A DNA stretch of 63,469 nucleotides, filler included, from Asterionella formosa (taxonomy: Eukaryota): the NCBI GenBank assembly GCA_002256025.1. It is 10 parts of 10 records of this genome, joined end to end, with 100 filler letters (N's around TTAATTAATTAA, not from the genome) between each part and the next. Parts side by side here need not be neighbours in the genome. Positions count along the whole stretch, not along the records: positions 1 to 25,204 come from NKIB01002048.1; positions 25,305 to 50,464 come from NKIB01002060.1; 8 more parts are not named here. One strand, 5' to 3'. Of this stretch, positions 22,901 through 34,796 are shown piece by piece. The position numbers and the translations under genes are program-made. The notes under the pieces are model-generated. The model was not told the origin of the DNA and did not search any database. It was given only the letters and a program-made list of their open reading frames with translations. The stretch's first letter is position 1. Each line of letters opens with the position of its first letter.

Positions 22901-25204
22901 CGGTCGAAATACAATTGGTGTCGCTACTACAACAAATCGTCAGGGCTTGCGCCATATCTGAAGCATAACTTTCCTCGATTTCGTAAACACATGTAGCCAA
23001 TGTGGTCAATGTCGACACAGCTTTCTTCCGTAGCTTGGACATCTGCTTGAGAGCGATACATTCAGAAACTGCAGTGGCAAGGACCTGTTTGCCAAGTGAT
23101 GGTAGGCATGAGTTGCCAACATCGACATCTGACAAGAAAAGTGCTTGAATTGATGCCAAGGTACGACAAAAATCTCCATCAAGAATGCAGAATATACGTT
23201 GCCTTTCAATGTTTTGTTCTGCAACAACCTTCTTGTCGTCTTCAGACAGCGCCGAAGTTGACTGTCCCGATAGCATTGCCTGCTTCCTAAGAGCCAGTTC
23301 CCTCTTCATTTGGCGCTCCCATTCTTCATCTTCTAATTCTCCGCCAAAGCCAGTATTACTCCGCTTACTCTTTCCAGTGCTTTTCTTTACGTTCGCCGAT
23401 TTCTTCTCGGTGGACGAGGCGCCGGACTCTTTGGTTTTTCCGTACTGCTCGCCGAAAGGAATATTTTTGGGACTAAGGAAAAGATCAATATCTTTCTCCT
23501 CGAGAGCAGACATATTCTGATGAGACAAGCTCAGAGCGGCGGCGAATCGCCCAGCTAGTTCATCGGAGCAGATCTTTCTTGTCAAGGCAAAGGGCTTCAT
23601 CACTTCGGTTTCCGGATCGTCAAAAGTTGGATCGAACAAAGAAGCGATGCCACCTAAAGTTCTAATCAGACTCATTGCGCAGTTATGTAACTCCTTGCTG
23701 ATAATAACCTCCTCGCTTGAGCCTTTGTAAATGTAGAGAGAGCAAGAAAATCTTGATATTTGCTCACCAACTTCTTTGATTAATTTGTCTTCGTTTCCTT
23801 GGGTTGACCAGCTGACAAGGCGATCCTCTATCAGCTTTTGGGTACCCGAAACTACTGCGCATCGTTGTGGACCCTTGGCTTTCTGAGTTGTTCCTATATG
23901 CATCAGCAACCAAGCACTTGCCAAGCTTGATGCATTTGTTGTATATCCTCCAAGCATCGACGCAGCATGACGAACTGAACTTGAATCGAATCCATGGTGA
24001 GAATCTGTAGACGAGAATTGGCCCTTACCCGCTGACTTCGTTTGTGACTCTTCACCGGGAGAAAAAGCCTCTCGGGCTTCTCGCGTAGCATCCAGGGAGT
24101 TAGCTGTGCTTTCGTTTGCAGTGGTAATCAGATTCACGTGTCGAATGAGGGACTCTATAATTGCGTCCGCAACTCCAGTCTGATATGTCAACACAGTCTT
24201 CAACGAAGACATAATTGAACCTGACGCTGTGGACCACTTCGACGATGCAGGATGACTAATGCAGCAACAGAGAGCATGCGCGGCAGATGTTTCGTTCAAA
24301 CTGTCAAATATACTTGAATCCATCTCTTTCTTTTCTAGAAACTTTGCATAAAACGCAAGCGTTTGGGATAGCAACTGAGACACGGTTCCGTTTGTTACAG
24401 CGGCATCAGTCATTGCCTTTCCAAATACAAAGGAAGTCTTTGCAACAGAGGCCGACCCGGCGCTGAGGACCTTGTTAATGCTTGGCAACAAGTCCAACGT
24501 CCCAGAAGCAACAGAGTTGACAAGGCCAATGTACACAGAGATCAGCCCATCAAGCGAGGCGATAGCACTTGAAGATGCATGCTTCTTTTCTGCTCCATCG
24601 ATCAAAGATTGTAAACCTTTCTCGATTTTTGTGTCCTTGCACAAATCAATGATCAAAGACTCCTGCATGTCCATATTGAACATAGAAAACATGGGACCGA
24701 CGCGCTGAAGAGTGTCAGGCCCACTACCAGCCAGTATTCCTGCTCTTAGAAATAGCATGGCATCGTCATAACCCTTCCCTCTGCCGTCATTCCGCTTGGC
24801 GAGAGTGACCCAGGTCCAAATAGCTTCAACTCCAGCCTCCCTTGCCGACGTTGCTGTTTTAAGCTCCTTGTCGAGTGCTGTTGCCAATCCTTTCAAAACC
24901 ACTGATGAAATGTCGGCATCAACTAAAGTAGCCTTTGGTATCTCACTCCCTATTTTGCGAAGCGCAGTGTAGGCTTCCTGTCGGAAGTCTGCTTGAAGTA
25001 GTGAACCATTGATGGAACTTACAAGTGCAAGAGCGATTTTGGACAAGGCCTGTGATGTAGGCTTCAAAGCAGCTAAACTTACGAGCAAAGACTGCGACAA
25101 ATAACGATTAGAAGCTTTTGTTGACTTGAGCTGCTTTAGAAGTGAAGGAAGCAACTGTGGGTCACCCTCTAGGGAATCAGTCACGTCGAGATCCTTGAGC
25201 TCAG
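16951..25204 (-). CDS. GCN1: GCN1 (eIF2-alpha kinase GCN2 activator), 5' end lost at the contig break; exons <25204-18824, 18617-18354, 18182-16951
   Basis: HEAT array with EGALFAIELLSDRLGLLFEPY, KLSAHGVKLV, SWRTKQ, HAIDAPSLAL, ERSGAAQGL and TGPLLRIVGDR. Two GT-AG introns join the three ORFs in frame. Confidence 0.93.
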
Positions 25205-25304
25205 NNNNNNNNNNNNNNNNNNNNNNNNNNNNNNNNNNNNNNNNNNNNTTAATTAATTAANNNNNNNNNNNNNNNNNNNNNNNNNNNNNNNNNNNNNNNN
25301 NNNN
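25205..25304. other. Artificial contig linker (44 N + TTAATTAATTAA + 44 N); identical linkers at 50465, 52091, 53717, 55343, 56969, 58595, 60220, 61845
   Basis: Fixed 100-bp spacer with stop codons in all six frames, present nine times. Flanking contigs are in descending length order. Confidence 0.97.
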
Positions 25305-25906
25305 CCATGGCTGCTCTTGGCTGACAGTTGCCAAGTTAAGTACAAACACAACGAGGGCGCACAAAAGACAGTCCAATTTTAATCGACTGGCTGATACTTA
25401 GTTGTGAGACTCACCATTCTGCAATGGGGTGAACTTTGATCATTGCTTCGTTCAAAGCACAATCAATTCGAATGCTGTCCAGTGAAACAGCCAATGAAAA
25501 CAATTGTGGCGAAAAAGCGCAGAACAGATTAAGAGCGAGATTTCATAGGAATTAAAATAACAGGGCATATATGATAAACTGCTCCTTGTGTAGACTATAT
25601 TTGATCATTTCCATATTTCATACTATACAGGTGCAGCATGGATGACTCCTCCCGCCCTTTCATTAGATATGCAGCCATGTTGCGATAATTCTACAGGACC
25701 TATAATATTGGTAGTCTGGTGGTCATTATTTCCGCATTGTATATATTTGAATTATGTATAATCAAAATTGATATTAGTATACACAGGATGTGCCGTATAA
25801 TGAGCGTGTTTAAAACTATGCAAATGTTCAACCATATATACATTTAAACTTCTTACAAATCTTTCTATATATTTATTCATGACTGAAACATTTGAAATCA
25901 TGTTTT

Positions 25907-26253
25907 CATGTGGTTCCTTGTCATGCATATAGCACTTTGCTCCTGAAATGAAGGATCATCACACATGATGACACGGAAAACGAAAGTGATAATACAGCAC
26001 AAAAAATGCTTGCGGCTTAGAAGAGAAGGGCGGAATCAATTGATGGTAACAAGTCAAGAGCAAATGCCTTTCATGTTCCTTGTCATGCATCCACTTACTG
26101 AAATGAAGGATCTCAAGCGACACATGATGCGAAAAACTGAAGTGACAATACAGCACGATGATACACCATACGGCTAAGAATGAGTGAATATGATGGAGAA
26201 GGGCGGAATCAACAAGCTGTGCATAGCATCACGGTTTGTCAAGAGCAAATGCC
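25907..26253. repeat. Degenerate ~165-185 bp tandem duplication
   Basis: Both halves carry gttccttgtcatgcat...ctgaaatgaaggatc...acacatgatg...aatacagcac...gagaagggcggaatcaa...gtcaagagcaaatgcc in the same order. Confidence 0.8.
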
Positions 26254-27965
26254 AGGATGATCAATTGCTGGGATTAAAAATACGGAATGACTCATCCCCT
26301 TTCAGTGATTGTATAGCTCCTTTTCGATTTGGTGGCTGGCCAACCATCAATGTGGACAAAAGAAATCGGTAAGTGCTATCATCTTTAGATCAATCCACAA
26401 CTGTTGGAGAAACTGACATATATGTGTTGCTTCTTTCAGGATAATGGTAGACAAACAGTATTTGTAAGTTACAAACAGCAGTGTTGGAGCCCATTTATTG
26501 ATCGATACTTTCTCATTCAATGTTCAATTGACACGCACACTATTTTACAGAAATATGCATCAGTTACTTCCTCAATTTTTGGTAAGTGAAGATAGAAGCG
26601 AAATGCCGCATGTTGTTGTGTAAGCAAAACATGAACAGCTAACAATGAATTGCTTCTCTTTGTTAGTATGGCTGATTGGAACAACGAAACGGATTCAATA
26701 GTAATAGGAAAATGCGTGAATGCAAACTCAGATCCGTCAGGAGTAAATGGAAGAAAGCAGAGGAACAACGGCAAGGCAACCAGTACAACAACCTTCAGAA
26801 TTGGATTGGGGGGAAGGTGGAAGTGAAAGCGGCACCAACAATCATTGCGATGAGACCACTGTAGAACATTCTGTAGCCACTTAAGATATAGAATCATAGA
26901 ACCATTCTTAGCTAAATATAGTTCTAAATTTCGATCAATTTCATCCTATGTTAGACAGTGATATCGATGAGAATTACAATCATGCTAAGATAGATGCATG
27001 ACAAAAGCATACACATCATATGACCATGTTCAACTAATTATATGATGCAATGGTATTATAACTATGATAGTATCATCATACTTCAAGCTCGGTAAAAGTT
27101 TACTGCATGATCATAATTATATGATACATTGATCATATTTTTGATTGAAAAACTATCATAAATTTAAAAATCCTGTGCCACTTAGCGTACAATACTCTTG
27201 ATCCTATATTCATGATAGTTTTTATTTACAGACTTAATCACTACAACTATTTCTTCAAGATTGTATTTGAGAGACCAGCCAGCCAATAATTTGTGGGAAA
27301 GCAATGCAAACATGTTACTATCATAGGATTCAAGCATGCTGTTCCAAATCTATTGTATGGTTGCTTTATCAAATCTGCACTTAAATGATCCTACTGTTTT
27401 ATTTGACCTCTTTTGAGGTTCTGCAGAACATTAGCCAACACAGGTTGATGTTTTTCTGGATTAAGATACTTTCTCAAATGTTTTTTGAGAAGAGGTGGTG
27501 TCAAGAAAAATGGTTCCTCATGCATCTCCACTTTGCTTGAGATGGGCAAAAGTGGAACTCGAAAAGGCACAAAAATGCTTTTTTCAAATGTAGTTGCCAA
27601 TTTTAATCATTCTATGTATTGTATATGCATGGATCTGTGGCTTAGAGCAATGCACACTATAGGACAACTGAGCCAGAGAAAAAAATGGTATGCTACCAGT
27701 ATACATACTGGGTACCTGGTACCGGTGGTACCGGTACCTCGCACCACGTACCTGATACCGTCCCGGTAGTAGACAGAAAGGAATTTTGTCGTGGAATCGA
27801 AGTAGTCACAATTTAAATTCCTCGCCCGTCCCCAGTGCTGACATAACGGTGCCGGTACCGGTTAAGGCGGGAGCAGCGAGCAGACGGTGGATTCTTCAGT
27901 TCTGATGTGCAACAAGCAAGTGCACCCAAAAAGCTCGTTGGCTTTTCCTCATCATCACATCCGCC

Positions 27966-29170
27966 ATGGCGTCCCACTTCAGCGCTTTCGTAAGTCAATC
28001 GTTCTTTTCACTGCGACTATTACGAGCACTTCTTTGAGTGAAGCGATAAATTCGCTGTAATTCCAGCGTCCATTTCCCCACGTCTTGTCCATTGGCGATG
28101 CAGAAATCTGCTGGACTAAAGAGCTAGAAAAGCCTCTCTTTGATTCGCTTGTTTATCTGACAAATAAACCCGTATATCATATTAAGTATAATAAAATGAT
28201 GTAAAATATTACCGGGTATGTATCTCACTACGTGACGTTTCCTTCCTCACCGTCGTTACAGCTTCGATCCAGTGCAGGACAACGGGCTGCCGTCAAGGTG
28301 GCCGCCGCCACCAGTATGATTGTGATGCCCACCGCTGTTGTAATGCTGGACGATGCCGCACATCCGATGCACATGAAATGGACCCACACTGGGTACTTTA
28401 CATCCTATGATTGCGGAGCCCTTCGTCGTGGCTTCCAGGTTTACCGTCAGGTATGCGCAACATGCCACTCCGTGAAAGGAATCCGTTGGCGTGAGCTGGT
28501 CGGTGTGACCCACGACGAAGCAGCGCTCAAGGCCATGGCCATGGAGTGTGATTACGTTGACGGCCCCAACGGTGAGGGTGAAATGTTTGAGCGCCCTGGA
28601 AAGATGACTGACAAACTCCCTGCGCCCTATGAGAACAACGAACAGGGACGGGCTGCCAACGGTGGTGCTTTGCCCCCGGATCTGACATTGATGGTCAAAG
28701 CAAGACATTCCGGACTGGATTACTTATTCTCCTTGTTGACTGGATACGACGACCCTCCTGCTGGAAAGGAAGTTATGCCTGGCCTTTACTACAACCCTTA
28801 TTTCCCTGGTGGTGCCATTGCTATGCCTCCCCCTTTGAGTGACGGTGGCGTTGAGTACGAAGACGGAACCATTTCAACTATCTCCCAACAGGCCTATGAT
28901 GTCTGCCAATTCTTGAACTGGTACGTTCTCACTTTTTGTTTCTTAGATAGTCTATCGAAGGAGTGTAGTTCCGATCCAATTTCTAACGCGTTTTCCCTAC
29001 ACAGGACTGCTGAGCCTGAGGCTGACATGAGGAAGAAGTGGGGAACTGTTTACTTTCTCACAGTAATCTTTGCTGCTTTGTCGACGGGGTACTACAAGCG
29101 TTTCAAGTGGAATCTCTACAAGACCCGCCAAATCAGTTACATCAACCCGAACAACATGCCAAGAAAGTAG
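27966..29170 (+). CDS. CYC1: Mitochondrial cytochrome c1, 3 exons (27966-27989, 28262-28920, 29005-29170)
   Basis: RRGFQVYRQVCATCH heme motif, ANGGALPPDL, YYNPYFPGGAIAM, C-terminal TM then YYKRFKW. Exon 1 is MASHFSAF followed by GTAAGT. Intron 2 is 84 nt and stop-free, which explains the read-through ORF. Confidence 0.95.
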
Positions 29171-29237
29171 TAGGTGCGCCTGCTGGTAGTTGTAAAGATA
29201 ATGAAAATGAGTGGTTGACGTAGCTATCATTTATTCA

Positions 29238-29585
29238 TTACACCGTATGTCCCCCTGTCGAATTCTTTTGGTAGGCATCCTGGTTTCTAAATTGGCTCTT
29301 TCTCATGGCCGCCAAAAACTCAGGGTCTTTGGCAAGAAACTCTTGAAAACTGTCTGTTCGCCCAAGAGCGTCAGCAATGGCATCTTCTTCTCTCTGACGA
29401 ACTTTTTCAAAATTCTTATTCAGGTCCTTTAGGAGCATTCTCTTTTCTTCCTTCAAACAAGCATCAAGAGCGAACTTGATATCGTTGCACGCCCCAATGA
29501 ATTTTCTCCAATTTCCGTGGCATTCATGCAGCTTTTGAATTTGGTCCTGGCAATCAGGGTGAGGTCTGCTCAGTGGAGGATGCAT
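29238..29585 (-). CDS. CMC2: Twin CX9C-type COX assembly protein, Cmc2-like
   Basis: MHPPL...C..........LHECH...KFIGACNDIKFALDACLKEE matches the Cmc1/Cmc2 family pattern. Confidence 0.82.
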   Translation of the reverse strand: MHPPLSRPHPDCQDQIQKLHECHGNWRKFIGACNDIKFALDACLKEEKRMLLKDLNKNFEKVRQREEDAIADALGRTDSFQEFLAKDPEFLAAMRKSQFRNQDAYQKNSTGGHTV

Positions 29586-29681
29586 AATACCGGTAGCTGT
29601 TTCCTGACGGGTGCTTTGAAGAATGTGATTTATTGTTTATTTTTATTGTGGCAACAACGTGTTGTGACGGTGATACCCGGT

Positions 29682-29779
29682 ACCAGCAAGTTGCGGTAAT
29701 CTTGCTCAAACGAAGGATTTAGCTATCTTTGTCCCAGATTAAAATGTTGGTTCGAGCAAAATTACCGCAACTTGCAGGT
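29682..29779. mobile_element. ~98-bp MITE-like element with ~30-bp imperfect terminal inverted repeats
   Basis: Left arm accagcaagttgcggtaatcttgctcaaac against right arm gttcgagcaaaattaccgcaacttgcaggt (3 mismatches). The same left end, taccagcaagttgcg, recurs at 9276-9290. Confidence 0.6.
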
Positions 29780-29972
29780 TCCCTGGTATGGTAGCGTCCC
29801 TGGTGCACCAGGAACCAGTACTTGGTTACCTGGTGCCAGGTACTCCTCCTAACTACCTGATGGTAGACTGCTAGTGACCATAGAACTAAGTTAGGCACAA
29901 AATTTATATACTTCGAACGGAATACTAATTTGAACGAAGTAATCCTTGAAGGTGTGAGTGTATCGAAGGAAA

Positions 29973-32843
29973 ATGCTGTTGCTACGATTTGCCCTCCGGA
30001 GGTTTCGTCCTAGTACAGTAGGACTGTCCAGAAGAGATCATGGGACCATCATGATAGCAGCAGAGCACACCATCAAGCATCGAAGGCAATTTACATTGGC
30101 AACTTCATCAGATGGACTATTACTGGTTCAAGAGGAAGCTGACCCCGCGGACATGACCACGACGAATGATACTGATAATGTACCTGCCAGTAATGTTGAT
30201 AATGTGCCTAGGAAGCAGGAGGGGCTCGAGTTTATCAAGGAAGTGGTTGATGGACCTCCCACTCGGTTTGGTTCTGGAACCATTGCATCCCTGACGGAAT
30301 CAGCAGTTGTTGGAACCTGCGGACAAACTGTGGTCTTGTCAACAGTGGCAATAGACAAGGAATCATCGACAATCAGGTCGCTATCGCATGCGCTAGATTC
30401 GCTCTCGTCATCCATGGTGCCACTGGTTGTTAATTATCAGGAACGATACCACGGAGTGGGCAGAATACCCCAGAATGGAAGGCGGAGAGATGCACTGCGG
30501 CCCACGGATGAAGAGATTCTAGCAGGCAGAGCCATTGATCGAGCACTTCGACCACTCATAAAGAAAACCAACCACGACATTCATCTTAATTGCAGTGTAC
30601 AGGCATATGATGTATTTGGTTCATCGAGTGGTCACCCAATAGCATTGGCACTCAATTCTGCTTCCCTTGCCTTGAAACCATTTATGACTGAGCCTGTTGC
30701 GGCCGTCAACATGTGCCTCATGAGGAATGGTTCCGTCATTATGGATCCACGACCATTCCAAGTCGCTGAATCGAGTGCGGAACTCTTATTTGCTGGAACA
30801 AGGGACAAGGTCATAATGATGGAATTCCATTCACCCACTCAACCTCACGGACTTTCGGAAAAATCACTAATGGACTTGATTCGAGTTGGACATGCTGCAA
30901 TTCAACCTCTATTGGACATACAGCAATCATTTTTGCAATTCAAGAAAGAAGATCCCTCCGATGAATTTTTGAGACTATCCTTGGGATTACCTCAGCTGGC
31001 TGGGTCAAAGAATTCGGAATCTGAGGAATTAGGGAAGCTCCTTCTAGAGCAGGCAACAATTATCATGACAGAGGCAACGACGTTTTGTGAAGAAAGAATT
31101 GGTGATACTCCACTTCGTTTATTTGGATACCAAGACGAAATAGAGCGTAGAATTGAAGTCGATGCCAAGATTCATCCATCGTACGGTCCGCTTCTTACCA
31201 AGACTGTACGAGGAAGGAGAGAACACATGGTTTACTCTGCCATTGAGAAGCTTTTAAAAGAAGAATTTTTACCGTCCACAGAAAATCTGAAAGAAGTATA
31301 TCAAGAGGCAAGAACGGAGAATGAGGGCATCCCTTCAATTATCGCAAATGAGGTCAGAAGCCGATTATTGCGAAAAGCATTATTTACAACAGCAACCAAA
31401 CACGGCACTCGAGGTGACAACAGAGGGGAACCTGGGTGTGGTTACAAAACAATTCGCCCATTAGCTGCGACTGTTCCCATCCTCCCTGATGTAGTTCACG
31501 GCTCGGCGCTCTTTTCTCGAGGGGAAACTCAAGTCTTGTGCACAGCAACTCTTGGTGCTCCTTCCGATGGCATATCGAATCAAAACCCATTCCAAGACAC
31601 CAAAGATCCCAGGACTGTAGACTATAAAAGTGATGGACCATATGATCACTTGCCAGTTGGGAGCTTACGCTATATTAGATCTCAAGAAGCGCTGATTTCT
31701 GATTTCAACTCGCGGAAGGTTAAGGCCGACAAGGAACAGACAGGAGATTCGGGAACTCTAGATGAAAAGAAATCCATCTTTTTGCATTATGATTTTCCTG
31801 CCTTTTGTAAAGGAGAAGTTCCAAAGTCACCAAATGCTGCCAACCGACGAGCGATCGGGCATGGACGCCTTGCTGAGAAGGCTATTCTCCCAGCAATGCC
31901 ACCACCGCAAGCGTTCCCTTACGCTGTCCGCTTGACATGCGAAGTGACAGGCTCAAACGGCTCATCCAGCATGGCATCAGTTTGTGGCGCAACATTGGCC
32001 CTTTTAGATGCAGGAGTTCCAATGTTGGCTCCGGTTAGTGCTGTGAGTATTGGCCTAGCAAGTGACAGCGAATCCGGAGAATTTGGTCTCCTACTCGATA
32101 TTACCGGAACTGAAGATCACTATGGTGATATGGACTTTAAAGTCGCTGGAACTGGAACCGGAGTTACTGCGTTTCAACTTGACGTGAAAAAGCCCTTGTC
32201 AATTGAGGTTTTTGAGAGCGCTTTAGTGTTGGCGAAGGAGGGTCGTCAAGTGATTTTGCTTGAAATGGAAGCATTGGCTCGTACCAGCAGTTGTGAAATC
32301 CTATCCAACTTAATGCCTCGCTCTGTACTCAAAGATTCAGCTCCTCGTGTCGAGGTTGTTCGTTTTGATCCATTGCGAAAACGCGACCTCATCGGTCCAG
32401 GTGGAACTGTCCTCAGACAGCTTGAGGAGCGATACGGAGTTTCCCTCGACCTCACTCAGGAAGGACAATGCCTTTTGTTTGGAGCTAACCCCGAAATGGT
32501 GAAGGAAGCAAAAGCGTCAGTAATGGACCTTGTCGCAGATGTCGAAGAAGGCGGTGTCTATGTTTGCACTGTCATTGAAATCAAAGATTTTGGTGCGATT
32601 CTCGAGGCCCTTCGCAATAAGGAAGGATTGTTGCACGTGAGCGAAATCTCGGATGAAACCCAGGAGAACCCCGATGGTAACTACGGTTTGGTCCATGATT
32701 ATTTGAAGGTTGGGCAGAAGATTGAAGTGCTTTGTACTGGTGTAGACCCAGTCCAAAACAGTATTCGCTTCAGCAGAAAGAAACTTCTGCAACTGAGGAA
32801 GTCAGCAGCGACAGCGCGCCCTAGTCCTGCGTCGTTAGTTTAG
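29973..32843 (+). CDS. PNPT1: Polyribonucleotide nucleotidyltransferase (PNPase), probably mitochondrial
   Basis: HGSALFSRGETQ, RRAIGHGRLAE, SNGSSSMAS, EDHYGDMDFKVAG, KH motif LIGPGG and S1 motif EGLLHVSEI. Arg-rich N-terminus MLLLRFALRRFRP from the ATG at 29973. Confidence 0.93.
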   Translation: MLLLRFALRRFRPSTVGLSRRDHGTIMIAAEHTIKHRRQFTLATSSDGLLLVQEEADPADMTTTNDTDNVPASNVDNVPRKQEGLEFIKEVVDGPPTRFGSGTIASLTESAVVGTCGQTVVLSTVAIDKESSTIRSLSHALDSLSSSMVPLVVNYQERYHGVGRIPQNGRRRDALRPTDEEILAGRAIDRALRPLIKKTNHDIHLNCSVQAYDVFGSSSGHPIALALNSASLALKPFMTEPVAAVNMCLMRNGSVIMDPRPFQVAESSAELLFAGTRDKVIMMEFHSPTQPHGLSEKSLMDLIRVGHAAIQPLLDIQQSFLQFKKEDPSDEFLRLSLGLPQLAGSKNSESEELGKLLLEQATIIMTEATTFCEERIGDTPLRLFGYQDEIERRIEVDAKIHPSYGPLLTKTVRGRREHMVYSAIEKLLKEEFLPSTENLKEVYQEARTENEGIPSIIANEVRSRLLRKALFTTATKHGTRGDNRGEPGCGYKTIRPLAATVPILPDVVHGSALFSRGETQVLCTATLGAPSDGISNQNPFQDTKDPRTVDYKSDGPYDHLPVGSLRYIRSQEALISDFNSRKVKADKEQTGDSGTLDEKKSIFLHYDFPAFCKGEVPKSPNAANRRAIGHGRLAEKAILPAMPPPQAFPYAVRLTCEVTGSNGSSSMASVCGATLALLDAGVPMLAPVSAVSIGLASDSESGEFGLLLDITGTEDHYGDMDFKVAGTGTGVTAFQLDVKKPLSIEVFESALVLAKEGRQVILLEMEALARTSSCEILSNLMPRSVLKDSAPRVEVVRFDPLRKRDLIGPGGTVLRQLEERYGVSLDLTQEGQCLLFGANPEMVKEAKASVMDLVADVEEGGVYVCTVIEIKDFGAILEALRNKEGLLHVSEISDETQENPDGNYGLVHDYLKVGQKIEVLCTGVDPVQNSIRFSRKKLLQLRKSAATARPSPASLV

Positions 32844-32969
32844 ACTGAGCAATCTCAAAGTGCAACAAAAGCATGTAGTTTAACAAGGAAGTGTCAAGAT
32901 TTGTCCAGCTAAAATCTTGACTAGGATAAGTTACTATATTACTCTCTGTGTTCCCAGCCAAGCCGTATG

Positions 32970-34796
32970 TTACCGGACAGAAACTGTCGTTTCGGTTGCT
33001 TTGGGTGTGCCACACTCCTCAATTGCTTTCTCGTCGTCGCATTTTACCCCCTCTGCCCTTGATATACGCTTGTCCCAACGAATTTTCGTGATCCATATTG
33101 CACCTCCCAAGGAAATAGTGAATACAAGGACCACAGCGCAAAATGATATGATGACACTAAAGCTTTTCTCATGTAGCCTTGAGTTGAGCTTCTTACCATG
33201 TAAGGAAATGTCGAAGCCAAAGTGGGCGAATTGAGCATTCAACATGTCGCCAGCGCCCAGGACTATTAACCCCTCGATCTGCATGGATTGGTACTTACGA
33301 CCGCGGAGTGATCGTCGAAAGAAGCTAGGGTCAAATCTCGTACGAATTATTGTCGACGCATTCAAGGTCGTAGCCCACGTGTACTTGTCTTTGGTGTAGT
33401 TTGCAATCCTTTGCACAACTCTGGATCCTTGTCTCAGAGTCAGGTCTCGGATATCAAGCACAGAGTGCTCTGTCGCTACTGATCGCAAGCAAATGAAAAG
33501 CTCATGCTGTTCGCTTTGTCTGTAGTTCTCCAAGCAGATTTGTTGTGCGTCACATTGGCATATCTGTACTCCGTCTATTGCGGTTGGTGCCGCAGTTGGT
33601 GAACTTGAAATAGGGACAACAACCAGTGGCTCACTGGGTAATCCCTTTGGATATGATGGGTTCACAGGAGTGTCAAATAATTCTACAACTCCATTTTTCC
33701 CACTAGTCATACTAGCTCCGACTATACGAGAACCATCTCCAGTGATCGCGAGTCCGAGACCGCCAAACATGGGACGAGAATTCGCACTTTCACATATAAT
33801 CCAAGCACTGCGGTCCCAATCAAATATGTAAACTTCTTGCGAATGCGTCTTTTGTGACAATACAACTCGATTGCCTTCATTGTCCAGCTTGACTGTGTAT
33901 CCGAAACTCCCATTTCCCGTTAGTGTTAGACCCCGTTTCTTCCATTGATTGTCAATGAGATCAAAGATACGTGCTTTGCCATCCCGAGTAGAATCGCTTG
34001 CGTTCCCTGGTGAACCTATGATAATAGTGTTCCCATTCTTTGCAGCAATATCAACTGCAAATCCAAACTGTTCTCCAGAATTAGAACTTGATAGTGTTTG
34101 ACCCACTTGGATCCAACCAAAATATATAGATTTTTCGTAAACTCGCACTGTCTCTGTTCCTAGCGAAGAAATAACAATTCGATCTGTGTCGTCGGAAAAT
34201 GCAATAGACCACCCAAAGAGGTCACCAGGTTCGGAGCCACCTAAGCTCCCTTCGCTTACCCATTTTCCATTGCTCGATAGTCTGAAGAATTCCACCATGC
34301 CAGTACTAAGCTTGAAAGTTTCCGAGCTGATTGCAACATGATTCCCATCGGCAGACATCATAACATCGCGTCCATTGGCTGAACCGACGATGACATCACC
34401 CAGAGCCCGCGGCGATGTGAGGTCGCTGAGGCTAAATACTTGTACAAAATTCGGCTGGTTGGATCTCACAGCAATACGTTCGAAGGATCTTGATGTTGAA
34501 AAGAACGATCCTCCAATACCAGTAAGAGTAGATTGAAGTTGCCACGTCACCAATCCTGTTTGTCGCATGAAATAGATGTTTCCGTTACTGGGAGTAAGCG
34601 AAAAATCGTCTCCTCTTTCTGTGGCTCCGATCGCCAGCATCGTACCCTCGATACTGTCTATGGATAAAGTAGTACCGAATGTCAGGTTCGCCTGTAAATC
34701 AGGCATCAAAATAGTATTCTCTACCTTGTTGAAGTCACCAGAACGAAGATTGCGATAGTCAATCCCATGACGTTTTACACGACGACGATGGAAACT
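32970..34796 (-). CDS. FG-GAP/integrin-alpha-like beta-propeller protein with a PT-rich linker, Cys-containing domain and C-terminal TM; 5' exon uncertain
   Basis: Repeats FGTTLS..LAIGA, FGWSIAFS, FGFAVDIA..IIIGSPG, FGYTVKL; SSSPTAAPT linker; TM FSVIISFCAVVLVFTISLGGAIWIT. The frame is open up to a ttttag acceptor at 34797. Confidence 0.65.
   Translation of the reverse strand, partial: SFHRRRVKRHGIDYRNLRSGDFNKVENTILMPDLQANLTFGTTLSIDSIEGTMLAIGATERGDDFSLTPSNGNIYFMRQTGLVTWQLQSTLTGIGGSFFSTSRSFERIAVRSNQPNFVQVFSLSDLTSPRALGDVIVGSANGRDVMMSADGNHVAISSETFKLSTGMVEFFRLSSNGKWVSEGSLGGSEPGDLFGWSIAFSDDTDRIVISSLGTETVRVYEKSIYFGWIQVGQTLSSSNSGEQFGFAVDIAAKNGNTIIIGSPGNASDSTRDGKARIFDLIDNQWKKRGLTLTGNGSFGYTVKLDNEGNRVVLSQKTHSQEVYIFDWDRSAWIICESANSRPMFGGLGLAITGDGSRIVGASMTSGKNGVVELFDTPVNPSYPKGLPSEPLVVVPISSSPTAAPTAIDGVQICQCDAQQICLENYRQSEQHELFICLRSVATEHSVLDIRDLTLRQGSRVVQRIANYTKDKYTWATTLNASTIIRTRFDPSFFRRSLRGRKYQSMQIEGLIVLGAGDMLNAQFAHFGFDISLHGKKLNSRLHEKSFSVIISFCAVVLVFTISLGGAIWITKIRWDKRISRAEGVKCDDEKAIEECGTPKATETTVSVR

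Noticed and set aside
27990..28261. Intron-encoded snoRNA in the longer first introns of cytochrome c1 and typA
   Set aside because: No convincing C/D or H/ACA box arrangement seen; an Infernal search would be needed.
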